DNA of 63,417 nucleotides, filler included, from Desulfonatronovibrionaceae bacterium (GCA_046539845.1; 3 parts of 3 records of this genome joined end to end with filler, not necessarily neighbours in it), one strand, 5' to 3'; counted from the first letter of the whole stretch, positions 20,492 through 30,581 are shown. Numbers and translations are program-made. Notes: generated from the letters alone by a model not told the origin.

Positions 20492-22439
20492 TGTCTTTAC
20501 CGTCCTCGGTCCATAAAACTACCGGGCTTTCCGGATCCAGATCCGCTCCGGGCTCCGGGCTCTGCTTGGAAATCAATGTCCCCCGGCCCCTGATGCTGGG
20601 GATCCGGCCAGAACCGGCCAGGGCCTCCACAGCCGTGCGCAGGCCAAGGCCACGCAGATCAGGCATCTTGCCCTCGCGCGTATCCCTGCTTGCCCGGGAC
20701 CGGACATCGCGCCTGACCCGGGACTTTTTGACCCCGTCGGAAGCCGCGGAACCGCTTTTTTCAATGCCGGCAAGCAGGATATCACTTGCCGACACTATCC
20801 TGGTGCCTACGTCTCTTATCACCGGCGCAGCCACCACTCCGCCGTAAATATTTTTCTCCGGGTCATCCACAAGGCACATAATCAGATATTCCGGATCCAT
20901 GGCCGGAATAAGCCCAATGAATGAAGCCACGTAATTTTGGCTGTAACCCCCGCCCACCGAAGCCTTTTGGGCCGTTCCGGTCTTGCCTCCCACTCGTACC
21001 CCCTGGATCCGGGCCAGCTTGCCGGTGCCGTCTTCCTGGACCACATCCTCAAGCATGGTCAGGATTTTTCGAGCCACCTCCGGGGAAAAAACCTTTTCTC
21101 CCGGGGACTTGGGCTGATTCGGATCCTTAAGGATATTCATCTCCTTCATCACCCCGCCGTTGGCCAGCCCGAGGTAGGCCCGGGCCAGATGCAGCGGAGT
21201 AGAGGCCAGCCCCTGACCGAAGGAGGCTGCGGCAAGATCCACGGCAGTCCATTTGTGCGACGGCCTGAGTATGCTCTTGCCCTGTCCGGGCAGGGGCATA
21301 CTGATGGGCCGATTGAACCACAGCCGGGTCAGATAGCTGTGGAAGCGGTCCGCCCCCAGATCCACACCCAGCTTGGCCGCCCCGATATTGCTTGAATAGC
21401 GCAGCACTTTGCTCACCGGGAGCCAATCGTATTCATGGGTGTCGTTGATCTCCTCGCCCCCAATTTCCCATTTGCCGTTTTCGCAAAAGTATAGCGAGTC
21501 TGTCTTGCACACGTTTTCCTGCAGGGCCGCGGCCACCAGAAACGGCTTTAAAGTGGAGCCGGGCTCGGTCAGATCTGTTGCGCTGTGGTTACGCCAGTTC
21601 GCCGGAGAAGACTGCTTATAGCGATTGGGGTTGAAAAACGGGTAATGGGCCCAGGCCAGGACATCTCCGGTCTTCACCTTGAGGACTATGGCCATGCCCC
21701 TTTTCCCGGAGTGTTTTTCAACCGCTCGGGCCAGGGCCTCCTCAGCCGCGAACTGCAGCCGGCCGTCAATGGTCAGGGCAACGTCCTCCCCATCCACTTT
21801 TTGTCCGCTTTCCCGGGGATCGGCTATAACCGCTCCCGACCCGTCCCTCTGCATGACTATGCGGCGCTCGCCGGCCTGCAGCTGCTCGTTGAGACTCTTT
21901 TCCAGGCCCTCAAGGCCCTTGCCGTCAACCCCCACGAATCCCAGGACCTGGCCCAGGAGCCGACCCTGCGGATAGACCCGCTCATATTCCTCCAAAAGAT
22001 GTATCCCGGACAGATCCTTTTCCCTGATCTCCTGCGCGGTCCTGTCCCCGATCTTGCGTCTGATCCAGACGAAATTCTTTTTTTTCCGCAGCTCGTTTTT
22101 GACCTCCTCCATCGAGAGCCCGAGGGTACGGGCCAGAAACCGGCTGCTCTCATCAACATCTTCTACCTGCACCGGATTGGCGTATACCGAGCTTACGGCA
22201 ACGCTTTTGGCCAGAAGAAGGCCCTTGCGGTCATAGATCTCTCCGCGGCGGCCGTGTACCTTTTTCTGGCACCAGTATTGCCCCTTTGCCTTTCTGGCCA
22301 ACTCTTCGCCCTGGACCACCTGGAGCATGTACGCTTTGGCCCACAGCCCGCCCCAAAAAGCGAAAAAGAGCACCCCGATCCCGACTATCTTGAACCGGCT
22401 GTACTCCTTGCGGGAAAATGTCTTTTTGCCCTTGCTCAT
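20484..22439 (-). CDS. ftsI: Penicillin-binding protein 3 with C-terminal PASTA-like domain
   Basis: RGEIYDR, EPGSTLK (SxxK), SSN, KTGT. Confidence 0.96.
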   Translation of the reverse strand: MSKGKKTFSRKEYSRFKIVGIGVLFFAFWGGLWAKAYMLQVVQGEELARKAKGQYWCQKKVHGRRGEIYDRKGLLLAKSVAVSSVYANPVQVEDVDESSRFLARTLGLSMEEVKNELRKKKNFVWIRRKIGDRTAQEIREKDLSGIHLLEEYERVYPQGRLLGQVLGFVGVDGKGLEGLEKSLNEQLQAGERRIVMQRDGSGAVIADPRESGQKVDGEDVALTIDGRLQFAAEEALARAVEKHSGKRGMAIVLKVKTGDVLAWAHYPFFNPNRYKQSSPANWRNHSATDLTEPGSTLKPFLVAAALQENVCKTDSLYFCENGKWEIGGEEINDTHEYDWLPVSKVLRYSSNIGAAKLGVDLGADRFHSYLTRLWFNRPISMPLPGQGKSILRPSHKWTAVDLAAASFGQGLASTPLHLARAYLGLANGGVMKEMNILKDPNQPKSPGEKVFSPEVARKILTMLEDVVQEDGTGKLARIQGVRVGGKTGTAQKASVGGGYSQNYVASFIGLIPAMDPEYLIMCLVDDPEKNIYGGVVAAPVIRDVGTRIVSASDILLAGIEKSGSAASDGVKKSRVRRDVRSRASRDTREGKMPDLRGLGLRTAVEALAGSGRIPSIRGRGTLISKQSPEPGADLDPESPVVLWTEDGKDNG

Positions 22440-22723
22440 TTCCCTCTCATCTTTCGCACCTGGCCCGCTTGCGGGTCTTCTAGGCCCTGCTCTTCGGCAA
22501 TTTGCTGCAGATTGTAGGAGGAGAGGAGGTTGTCCCTTTCCACAATCAGCTTGGCCTGGAGCCGGCGGTTTTTATCCACGTCCTGCTGCAGCTTTTCCAG
22601 CTCATAGGCCAAATCCACCCTCTCCACATTTACCCAGACCCGGCCCAGCCCCAAACACAAGGCCAGAAAAAAGGAAAAGACCATGAAAACCACTTGTTTT
22701 CTTTTGGCCGGGACCGGACTCAT
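22436..22723 (-). CDS. ftsL: Cell division protein FtsL-like
   Basis: Short TM plus coiled coil between rsmH and ftsI. Confidence 0.8.
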   Translation of the reverse strand: MSPVPAKRKQVVFMVFSFFLALCLGLGRVWVNVERVDLAYELEKLQQDVDKNRRLQAKLIVERDNLLSSYNLQQIAEEQGLEDPQAGQVRKMRGK

Positions 22724-23658
22724 AGCCTCTCTGCCACCCGGAGCTTGGCGCTGCGGCTCCTGGGGTTTGCCCCGGCCTCATCTCTTCCGGCCTGCAGGGG
22801 CTTTTTGGTCAGTATGCGCAAAGACCTTTTATGTTTGCACCTGCATACCGGCTCCTCCCTGGGACAGATGCAGTCCCTGGCCTCGCGGCGGAAAAACCAT
22901 TTCACAGTCCGGTCCTCCAGGGAATGAAAGGAAATCACCGCCAGCCTGGCCCCTGAAGCCAGATAGGGGACTATCTTTTCCAGGAAGGCCTCGAGTTCTT
23001 CCAACTCTTTGTTCACCGCAATGCGCAGGGCCTGAAAGGTCTTGGTCGCCGGGTGATTGCGGGCAAGGGCCCTTCTTTTGGCCGGGTAGGCGCCGGCCAC
23101 GATTTCGGCCAACTCCACGGTGTCTGTCACCGCTTTCTTCTCCCTGGCTTTGACTATGGCCCTGGCTATTCTTGCGGCCATGGGCTCCTCCCCGTATTTC
23201 AGGATAATGCTCCGCAGCTCTTCAAATCCGGCCCTGTTCACCATATCCCGGGCACTTTCCAGGCCCTGCTCTCCGGACATGCGCATGTCCAGGGGGCCGT
23301 TTCTCAGAAAACTAAAACCCCGTTGCGGTGAATCCAGGTGTAAAGAAGACACCCCCAGGTCCAGAAGCACACCGTTTAAACTATCCCAGCCCAGCTCCTG
23401 CATCGCCGTGTCAAATTCACTGAAGGACATGCGGAAAAAATGGACATTGGCATAAGCCTTAAGTCTCTCCCTGGCAATTTCCAGGGCCCGGGGGTCCTGA
23501 TCAATTCCCAGTAGCTCCAGTCCCTTTCCCTTTTCGAGCAAAAACCGGGCGTGCCCGCCCAGTCCGAGAGTCCCGTCCAGAAAGAGCCCTCCCTGCTCCG
23601 GCCTGAGAAAAGCGAGTACTTCAGTCGGGAGTACAGGCAGATGTTCACAGGGCTCCAT
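22720..23658 (-). CDS. rsmH: 16S rRNA m4C1402 methyltransferase
   Basis: HLPVL, DGTLGLGGH, DLGVSS, PLDMRM, FQALRIAVN, SFHSLEDR, NPRSRSAKLR. Confidence 0.98.
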   Translation of the reverse strand: MEPCEHLPVLPTEVLAFLRPEQGGLFLDGTLGLGGHARFLLEKGKGLELLGIDQDPRALEIARERLKAYANVHFFRMSFSEFDTAMQELGWDSLNGVLLDLGVSSLHLDSPQRGFSFLRNGPLDMRMSGEQGLESARDMVNRAGFEELRSIILKYGEEPMAARIARAIVKAREKKAVTDTVELAEIVAGAYPAKRRALARNHPATKTFQALRIAVNKELEELEAFLEKIVPYLASGARLAVISFHSLEDRTVKWFFRREARDCICPREEPVCRCKHKRSLRILTKKPLQAGRDEAGANPRSRSAKLRVAERL

Positions 23659-23685
23659 AATAATATTCCGGTCCTTTTAGTCGGC

Positions 23686-24141
23686 TCAGATCATCAGCTC
23701 CACGCCGCTTTCAGCCAGACTGTCCATCACATTGTCCAGCTCCATCTCCATCTTGCTGCGCTGGGCCTCGAACCTCTCCAAGTCCCAAATTTCAAACTTC
23801 CGGCCCACCCCGGCCAGAACTGCCTCCCTGCGCAGCCCGGCGTAATCGCGCAGATAAGGTGGGACAAGTATCCGGCCTTGCTTGTCCAAAGCGGCCTCCA
23901 TGGCCCCGGAAATAAAAAAACGGTGGAAATCCCTAAATTTTCTGTTAGCCATATTCAGGCGGCTGAAGCGCTCCTCGATCTTCTCCCAGTCCGGGATCGG
24001 ATATCCGACCACGCACTGATCAAAATTGGTCAGCATGAGCCTGCCTTCGGAATCGCCCTGATAAATCTCCTCCCGGAATTCGGGTGGGAGCATTATCCTG
24101 CACTTGCTATCCAGGCTCCTATGGCTGTGTCCCCTGAACAT
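23686..24141 (-). CDS. mraZ: dcw cluster repressor MraZ
   Basis: MFRG....LDSKCRI.LP..FR, DKQGRILVP..LR.YA, FEIW. Confidence 0.97.
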   Translation of the reverse strand: MFRGHSHRSLDSKCRIMLPPEFREEIYQGDSEGRLMLTNFDQCVVGYPIPDWEKIEERFSRLNMANRKFRDFHRFFISGAMEAALDKQGRILVPPYLRDYAGLRREAVLAGVGRKFEIWDLERFEAQRSKMEMELDNVMDSLAESGVELMI

Positions 24142-24167
24142 GGATTACCTTTTATCCTTTCCCCTTT

Positions 24168-24191
24168 CCACTTATTACCACCTTTTACCAC
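24168..24191 (-). promoter_or_regulatory. MraZ-binding direct repeats
   Basis: Three GTGG boxes at 10-bp spacing on the minus strand (CCAC at 24168, 24178, 24188) just upstream of mraZ. Confidence 0.8.
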
Positions 24192-24417
24192 CCACTCTTC
24201 CATGAAGCAAGTAAAAGTCAAGCTTTTTTTGAAAAAAAACTTTATTCCGCCGTGTATTTGGATTAAAAGGATCGATATCAAGCAGAAATTAATGCTTTGG
24301 CTCCCGGCCTACGGGATCCGGCGCACAGGCCGGTCAGGGAAGGCTGAGAGGCCTCTAGAGGCTGGACAGGGCAGGCGGGAAAAGACAGCCGGGCGGGGCA
24401 GAAAACAGGAGAGAAAG

Positions 24418-25827
24418 ATGAAAAGCAAGATTATCTGCACCATAGGACCGTCCAGCGAGTCAGCGGGTGTGCTCAAGGATCTGGTCCAGTCCGGGATCAG
24501 GATTTTCCGCCTCAATTTCTCGCACGGGAATGCAAACGACTTCCAGACCATCGTCAGACGCCTGCGAGACATTGAGGACGCCTCCGGCTGCGGGCTGACC
24601 CTGCTCCAGGATCTGTCCGGGCCGAAAATTCGCACCGGAGAACTGCCCGAGTCGCCTTTAAAGGTGACCGAAGGCGAAACCGTGCACATGGGCACCTCGG
24701 ACTGCCCGGCCCGCGGGGAGGAAAAATTCATCCCCTTTAATCACCTAGAGCTGTTGCAGGATTTGTCTCCGGGAGACACGGTCCGCCTGAGCGACGGGGG
24801 CCTCAAGTTCCGGGTGCAGTCCGGGCAAGAACAAAGCGTTGCCATGCTGGCCTTGACTTCCGGACTCATCACCTCCCGCAAGGGAGTATCCTTCCCGGGC
24901 AAAAAGTCCAAACTGCCGGCGCTGACCGAAAAGGACAAAATCGATCTGGAACAGGGCCTTGACCTGGGGCTTGACGCCGTGGCCCTGTCCTTTGTCCAGG
25001 GTCCGGAGGACATAGCCCGGGCAAAGGCGGTCATAACCCGCAAGGGGCATAAGACCCCGGTCATAGCCAAACTGGAGAGACAGGCCGCGGTGGACCGCCT
25101 GGAGGAGATACTGAATATCGCCGACGGGATAATGGTCGCCCGCGGGGACCTAGGTCTGGAATGCCCCCTGCCCTCCCTGCCCACTCTGCAAAAGAGGATA
25201 ATCCGGGCCTGCAACCGGCGGGCAAAACCGGTTATAGTGGCCACCCAGATGCTCCTGTCCATGGTAAACAATCCCATGCCCACCCGGGCGGAAACCACTG
25301 ACGTGGCCAACGCCATTTTGGACGGCACGGACGGGCTCATGCTCTCCGAAGAAACAGCGGTCGGCAAATATCCCGTAGAATGCGTCCAGTACATGGCCGA
25401 TATAGCCCGGGCCGCTGAAGAGCACTATTTTGAAAACGACCCCGAACCAGTCCGGCACCCAAACGACTCCGGGGAGAGCTTCTTGTCCTATGCCGCCTGC
25501 CTTTTGGCCCAGAACATCAAGGGACGCGCCCTGCTCGCCCACACTGATTCCGGATCTACGGCCCGGCTGCTGAGCGCCTGCCGGCCGGCCCAACAGATAT
25601 TCGGGCTGACTCCGTTCAAGGCGGTGGCCAAATACCTGAATTTCTCCTGGGGAGTGACCCCGGTGCAGGTCCCGGAAGAACCGGAAGACCACCTGCGCAG
25701 GGTGGAGAAATACATCCAGGAAAAACGGGGTTTCTATTCCGGAGAAAAACTGATCATCACTGCCGGGCACCCCAAAACCGGCCAGTCCCGTGCTCCAACC
25801 AATCTACTCAAAATATTCGTCAAATAG
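24418..25827 (+). CDS. pyk: Pyruvate kinase
   Basis: KIICTIGP, RLNFSHG, DLSGPKIR, IAKLE, MVARGDLG, ATQML.SM; ATG 24418 follows a GGAG RBS. Confidence 0.98.
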   Translation: MKSKIICTIGPSSESAGVLKDLVQSGIRIFRLNFSHGNANDFQTIVRRLRDIEDASGCGLTLLQDLSGPKIRTGELPESPLKVTEGETVHMGTSDCPARGEEKFIPFNHLELLQDLSPGDTVRLSDGGLKFRVQSGQEQSVAMLALTSGLITSRKGVSFPGKKSKLPALTEKDKIDLEQGLDLGLDAVALSFVQGPEDIARAKAVITRKGHKTPVIAKLERQAAVDRLEEILNIADGIMVARGDLGLECPLPSLPTLQKRIIRACNRRAKPVIVATQMLLSMVNNPMPTRAETTDVANAILDGTDGLMLSEETAVGKYPVECVQYMADIARAAEEHYFENDPEPVRHPNDSGESFLSYAACLLAQNIKGRALLAHTDSGSTARLLSACRPAQQIFGLTPFKAVAKYLNFSWGVTPVQVPEEPEDHLRRVEKYIQEKRGFYSGEKLIITAGHPKTGQSRAPTNLLKIFVK

Positions 25828-25829
25828 CC

Positions 25830-26834
25830 ATGAACGCATTCAATCCGGAACTAAAGAAATTCGAGGAAGAATACTACCAGATATCCCCGGCCATCCTCTC
25901 CAGCTTCTCCAAATTCCGTCTCCCCTTGAATCTATACCTGTTCAAGGAGGGGTCAAACACCCTGGTCCCGTACTATTACGCGGATAACCGGCTGAGTGCG
26001 GAAAAACAGGCCGAGCTGTCTGAACTCAGCGACCAGGGACTCATATTTGTGGCCCGCTCCGAGCACCATATCTATGCCAAGCATATAAGCAAGCAACTGG
26101 ACCTGGTCTTGGTGGATACCCAGCTCACCCCCGGAGAGGCGGCCCTGGTATTCAGAAACGCACTCACCGAAGATGTGGCCGCCTTTTTTGAGCAGCCGGT
26201 CAAACCGGCTTTGAATAAGCTGCAGGAATCGGTGTCTATCCTCATCCAATACCTGCTGGAGGACCAATATCGGATAAAAAGCTTCTATCCCAGGCTGCAC
26301 ACCGAATACAGCCTGGAAAACTCCGGCTTCAATTCCGGGATCCTGGCAACTGCCATATACATGAACATGCAATCCGAGCCGAAAGAGAAATTTTTGAACC
26401 AGGCGGCCTTAGGCTTTTTTGCCCTTGATCTGGGCATGGCCAAGATCCCGAAGTTCATCCGGGAAAAAAAAGGCAATCTGAGCCGTGAGGAGCAGCAGAA
26501 ATTTTTGCAGCACCCGCTTATAGGGGGCGAGATCCTGCACAAACTGGGTGTCTCGGAAACGCTCACTCTGGGCAGTTTGACCGAGCACCACGAGAGGCTG
26601 GACGGCAGCGGCACCCCCAGAGGTCTAAAAGGCGGGCAGATAAGCCTGTCCGGAAGGATAGCCGCGGCTGTGGCCTCCTTTGTCCAGTTGACTTTGGTCG
26701 GAGACCCAAAGCCTGTCCCGGCTCGAGAGGCTGCCGACCGTCTTTATTCCGACCGGGTCGGCCTGGACCAGAAAGTGACCGGCGCACTAAAAAACATCAC
26801 CCTTTCGCCCGCATTTGAGCAGCAAAAAAACTGA
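25830..26834 (+). CDS. HD-GYP-like protein with degenerate active site
   Basis: HP..G, HHERLDGSGTPRGL; the usual HDIGK reads LDLGM. Confidence 0.8.
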   Translation: MNAFNPELKKFEEEYYQISPAILSSFSKFRLPLNLYLFKEGSNTLVPYYYADNRLSAEKQAELSELSDQGLIFVARSEHHIYAKHISKQLDLVLVDTQLTPGEAALVFRNALTEDVAAFFEQPVKPALNKLQESVSILIQYLLEDQYRIKSFYPRLHTEYSLENSGFNSGILATAIYMNMQSEPKEKFLNQAALGFFALDLGMAKIPKFIREKKGNLSREEQQKFLQHPLIGGEILHKLGVSETLTLGSLTEHHERLDGSGTPRGLKGGQISLSGRIAAAVASFVQLTLVGDPKPVPAREAADRLYSDRVGLDQKVTGALKNITLSPAFEQQKN

Positions 26835-27018
26835 TTATCCCCTAACCGAGTGTCAAAGTAGCCCGGGCTGTTTTGCAATCACAAGGAACGGAACGGGCGG
26901 ATAGGATTTTAAAACCCGCAAGGCTTACCCAAGGAGCAAACATATCTAGTCAACGGACTTGGCGGCTTGAGCGCAGCTCGGTTCGCTCTCAGAAATACAC
27001 TCCGACCGCAGGGAGCAT

Positions 27019-27062
27019 AAAAAAGGCGCCGGGCGATTGACAACAATCATCCGGCGCTTTTT
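27019..27062 (-). terminator. rRNA operon terminator (bidirectional hairpin)
   Basis: AAAAGGCGCCGG...CCGGCGCTTTTT directly downstream of the 5S gene. Confidence 0.8.
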
Positions 27063-27075
27063 AGAATAAAAAAAG

Positions 27076-27192
27076 TCCTGGCGACGACCTACTTTCCCGC
27101 TCTTAGAAGAGAAGTATCATTGGCGCTGGAGGGCTTAACTTCCGAGTTCGGAATGGTATCGGGTGTGACCCCTCCGCCATGGTCACCAGGAC
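27076..27192 (-). rRNA. rrf: 5S rRNA
   Basis: Minus strand CCTGGTGACCATGGCGGAGGGGTCACACCCGATACCATTCCGAACTCGGAAGTTAAG...AGTAGGTCGTCGCCAGG; ends approximate. Confidence 0.95.
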
Positions 27193-27230
27193 TAAATATA
27201 TAAGCTAAACAGGGGGTAAGGATTTTTTGA

Positions 27231-27426
27231 GATTAAGACTAACGGACTATTAGTACCGGTTAGCTGAACATATTGCTATGCTTACACACCCGGCCTATCT
27301 ACCTGGTCGTCTTCCAGGGTCCTTCATTCGGCACTCACCGAAGTAAGTACCGAAGGGAGACCTCATCTTGAGGCAGGCTTCCCGCTTAGATGCCTTCAGC
27401 GGTTATCCCTTCCGATCATAGCTACC
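27231..27426 (-). rRNA. rrl: 23S rRNA, 3' fragment cut by the assembly gap
   Basis: Conserved GGATAACCGCTGAAGGCATCTAAGCGGGAAGCC and CAGCTAACCGGTACTAATAG on the minus strand. Confidence 0.95.
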
Positions 27427-27526
27427 NNNNNNNNNNNNNNNNNNNNNNNNNNNNNNNNNNNNNNNNNNNNTTAATTAATTAANNNNNNNNNNNNNNNNNN
27501 NNNNNNNNNNNNNNNNNNNNNNNNNN
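27427..27526. other. Assembly gap with artificial six-frame-stop linker
   Basis: N-runs flanking TTAATTAATTAA (27471-27482). Confidence 0.99.
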
Positions 27527-27527
27527 T

Positions 27528-28778
27528 CTGGGATTTGGGCTGGCCTCGGGCATGGAGCCCGGCAAGGTTGTTCAGAACATAAATACCGGCTTCGGCCAGA
27601 CCATAGGTGAAATAGGGATTGTCATCCTGGCCGGGACAATAATCGGGATATTTCTGGAAAAATCCGGAGGAGCACGGCGCATCGCTGATAGTGCACTACG
27701 CTTGACAGGCAAAAAAAATGTGCCCCTGGCCTTGGCTATCACCGGATATATCGTCTCTCTCCCTGTTTATTGCGACTCAGGGTATGTCATCCTCTCCCCA
27801 TTAAATAAAGTTCTGACCCGCAGGGCCGGTCTCTCCCTGGCAACCGGGACAGCCTGTCTCAGCCTGGGGCTCTATGTGGCCCATACCATGGTCCCGCCAA
27901 CTCCGGGCCCGATTGCAGCCGCGGGCATCCTTTCCGCGGACCTGGGGCTGGTCATTATGCTGGGGCTTGCTGTCAGTGCTGTCGCCCTTACCGCGAGTTG
28001 GCTGTTTGCAATAACTTATGCATCCAGGATTGAGATAGCTGAGCCGGACAGTTCAGGCAAAGAAGTCTCAAGGCATGAATCCTGCGGACCCGAGGATAAT
28101 TCCCCGCCGACCATATTATCCCTGCTGCCCATAATCCTGCCCCTCTTATTGATCATGCTTGGTTCAATGGCCCAAAGTCCTTTTAATCCGTTTGCGCAGG
28201 GACTTGTCTACAAATGGATAACTTTCGCGGGACAACCGGCCGTGGCCCTTTTGTGCGGGCTTGGCTGTGCCCTGCTTTTGCCCTCCAAGCTTGAGCGGAG
28301 GCTGCTTTCATCCTCGGGCTGGGTTGGCCAGGCCATAAAATCAGCAGGAACAATTCTCATCATTACCGGAGCCGGAGGCGCATTGGGCAAAGTCCTGCAG
28401 GAATCCGGCATAGCTGATCTGCTTGGCTCCAATCTACAATTTATTCAGCTGGGCATTTTTCTGCCCTTTATCCTAGCCGCCGGGATAAAAACCCTACAGG
28501 GTTCCTCCACCGTGGCCATGATCACCACGGCAGCCATGCTGGCTCCCCTGCTGGATGCCCTGGGTCTTGGCGAAGAGACGGGCAAGGCCCTGGCGGTTGT
28601 TGCCCTGGGGGCCGGTTCAATGGTGGTCTCGCATATAAATGACAGTTACTTCTGGGTTGTTACCCAGTTTTCGGACATGCAAGTAGGGCAGGGATGCAAG
28701 GTGCAGACGCTGGGCTCGCTGGTTGCCGGACTGTCGGCCTTTGCCGCCATAGTTGCTCTCCGGGGGCTCCTGATATAA
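27528..28778 (+). CDS. GntP-family permease, 5' end cut by the gap
   Basis: GFGQT, LEKSGGA..IA, PVYCDSG, HTMVPPTPGP, QGSSTVAM, SHINDSYFW; frame is open back to the gap. Confidence 0.92.
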   Translation: MGFGLASGMEPGKVVQNINTGFGQTIGEIGIVILAGTIIGIFLEKSGGARRIADSALRLTGKKNVPLALAITGYIVSLPVYCDSGYVILSPLNKVLTRRAGLSLATGTACLSLGLYVAHTMVPPTPGPIAAAGILSADLGLVIMLGLAVSAVALTASWLFAITYASRIEIAEPDSSGKEVSRHESCGPEDNSPPTILSLLPIILPLLLIMLGSMAQSPFNPFAQGLVYKWITFAGQPAVALLCGLGCALLLPSKLERRLLSSSGWVGQAIKSAGTILIITGAGGALGKVLQESGIADLLGSNLQFIQLGIFLPFILAAGIKTLQGSSTVAMITTAAMLAPLLDALGLGEETGKALAVVALGAGSMVVSHINDSYFWVVTQFSDMQVGQGCKVQTLGSLVAGLSAFAAIVALRGLLI

Positions 28779-28826
28779 GCACGGGGCTTTCGATTTGCAC
28801 ATTCTTTCAGGCTAACCAGATCAATT

Positions 28827-30581
28827 ATGTCAGCATCTGAAAATGTATCTAAAAATCAGGAAGAAAACAGACCCGCTACTCCGGGCAATCTTCTATTTGC
28901 GGTCAATGAAAATCCCCCGGAGTGGCTTAGCGCCTTGCTGGGCCTGCAACTGATCCTGATCATTGCCGGGCCCATAGCACTGACCCCGGTGGTTGTTGCC
29001 CGGAAGGCGGGGATTGATCCCGCCCAGATTCCCTGGATAATTTTTGCCTCCTTTCTGGCCAGCGCGATCGGGACCTTGATTCAGGTGCATCGTTTTGGCC
29101 GGGTGGGTTCGGGCTATCTGCTCTTTGTCGGCTCCTCGGGTACTTTCCTGGCCTGTGCCCTTTCGGCGGCCGAAATCGGGGGGATGTCCCTGGTGGCTAG
29201 CATGTCTGTACTCTCCGCCCCTTTGCAGATCCTTTTCGGCTGGTTTCTGGGCCCGTTGCGCCGCATCATAACTCCGGCCGTGGGCGGAGTAGTCATTATG
29301 CTCATTGTGGTCAGTGTCCTGGGCATAGCCCTGGATCTCATGAATGGCCAGCAGGGACCGGGACCGGACCTTCATCATCTGCTGGTCTCGATATTTACTC
29401 TGGCCAGCATTGTCGCCCTGGCCGTGTTCGGCAACAAGACCCTGCGTCTGTGGAGTCTTTTTATCGGCATATGTGCCGGGACATTTCTGGCTATGGCTCT
29501 GGGCATGGCGGATTTTTCCCGGATAGCCGAGGAAAGCTGGACAGGTATGCCCCAAATGGCCTGGCAGGGTTTTAATCTGGACTTTGGCCCTGAATTTTTT
29601 TCCCTGTACCTGGCCTTCGCATTGGTGACCATTGTGGGCGCGGTGGAGACCCTGGGCGACAGCATGGCCATCCAGCAGGTTTCCGATCGCAATTTTCGCA
29701 AAATAAACTATGCAACCGTTCAAGGGGCCATATATGCGGACGGGATAGCCAACGCCATAGCCGGGGCTCTGGGGACATTGCCCAATACCACATATTCCAA
29801 CGCCATCTCCGCTGTTGAACTTACAGGTGTTGCCGCTCGCAGGGTCGGTTATTATACATCCTTTTTTCTTGCCCTGCTGGCCTTTTGCCCCAAAGTAAGC
29901 GCGCTTTTGGCGGCCATCCCCTCGCCCGTGGTCGGGGCGTTTTTATTCGTGCTTCTAGCCATGCTCTTTGTCACCGGAATAAAACTGGCTACCGCGCAAG
30001 GGCTGAGCTATGAAAACAGCATTATCATCGGACTATCGTTCTGGATTGGCTATACCTTTCAAAACAAACTTTTTTTTGCCGAATTCATCCCCGAGAGCCT
30101 GACTCCATTTTTAAACAACGGAATGGCTGTAGGCGGGATGAACGCGATCCTGCTGAGTCTGCTTTTCAGTATGAAACCGGCTGGCCAGGCCAAATTAGTG
30201 CTCAAACGCCAACCAAAAGAAGCCGCCAGGCTACAGCAATTTTTAAATAATTACACCGCAACCCGGAATATCCCCTCATATCTGGGACAACAGCTGCACC
30301 TCACAGCTGAGGAACTTTTCCTTCACCTGTGCGCTTCCGGACGAGCCGCGGCTGACAACCTGCGGATAAAGCTGCGCAAAGGCGAAGAAACCCTGCAGGT
30401 GGAATTTATCGACTCCGGGTTTACCTGGGACCTGGATGATCAGGTCCAGGCTGCCCGGGCCAAGCCTGGCGAGCTTCTGCCCGAGGATTTGGGGCTTTTG
30501 CTTTTGGGTAGATATGCGCTAAATTTACGACATATTACTATCGGCGGCTACAATTATATTTCCTACGAACTGCCGCTGTAA
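28827..30581 (+). CDS. NCS2/NAT (xanthine/uracil) permease with C-terminal HATPase_c-like (RsbW-like) domain
   Basis: LGLQ, ETLGD, ADG.AN, PNTTYSNA...TGVAARRV NAT-like motif, IPSPVVG; tail L.AEELF...VEFIDSG...LGL.L resembles a GHKL fold. Confidence 0.8.
   Translation: MSASENVSKNQEENRPATPGNLLFAVNENPPEWLSALLGLQLILIIAGPIALTPVVVARKAGIDPAQIPWIIFASFLASAIGTLIQVHRFGRVGSGYLLFVGSSGTFLACALSAAEIGGMSLVASMSVLSAPLQILFGWFLGPLRRIITPAVGGVVIMLIVVSVLGIALDLMNGQQGPGPDLHHLLVSIFTLASIVALAVFGNKTLRLWSLFIGICAGTFLAMALGMADFSRIAEESWTGMPQMAWQGFNLDFGPEFFSLYLAFALVTIVGAVETLGDSMAIQQVSDRNFRKINYATVQGAIYADGIANAIAGALGTLPNTTYSNAISAVELTGVAARRVGYYTSFFLALLAFCPKVSALLAAIPSPVVGAFLFVLLAMLFVTGIKLATAQGLSYENSIIIGLSFWIGYTFQNKLFFAEFIPESLTPFLNNGMAVGGMNAILLSLLFSMKPAGQAKLVLKRQPKEAARLQQFLNNYTATRNIPSYLGQQLHLTAEELFLHLCASGRAAADNLRIKLRKGEETLQVEFIDSGFTWDLDDQVQAARAKPGELLPEDLGLLLLGRYALNLRHITIGGYNYISYELPL

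Noticed and set aside
23551..24417. N-terminal extension making a 758-aa pyruvate kinase
   Set aside because: Overlaps mraZ and rsmH in antisense; Pyk homology and the RBS begin at 24418.
27427..27526. TTAATTAATTAA as a biological motif, or rRNA operon disruption by gntP
   Set aside because: Artificial linker within N-runs; the 23S truncation is an assembly break.
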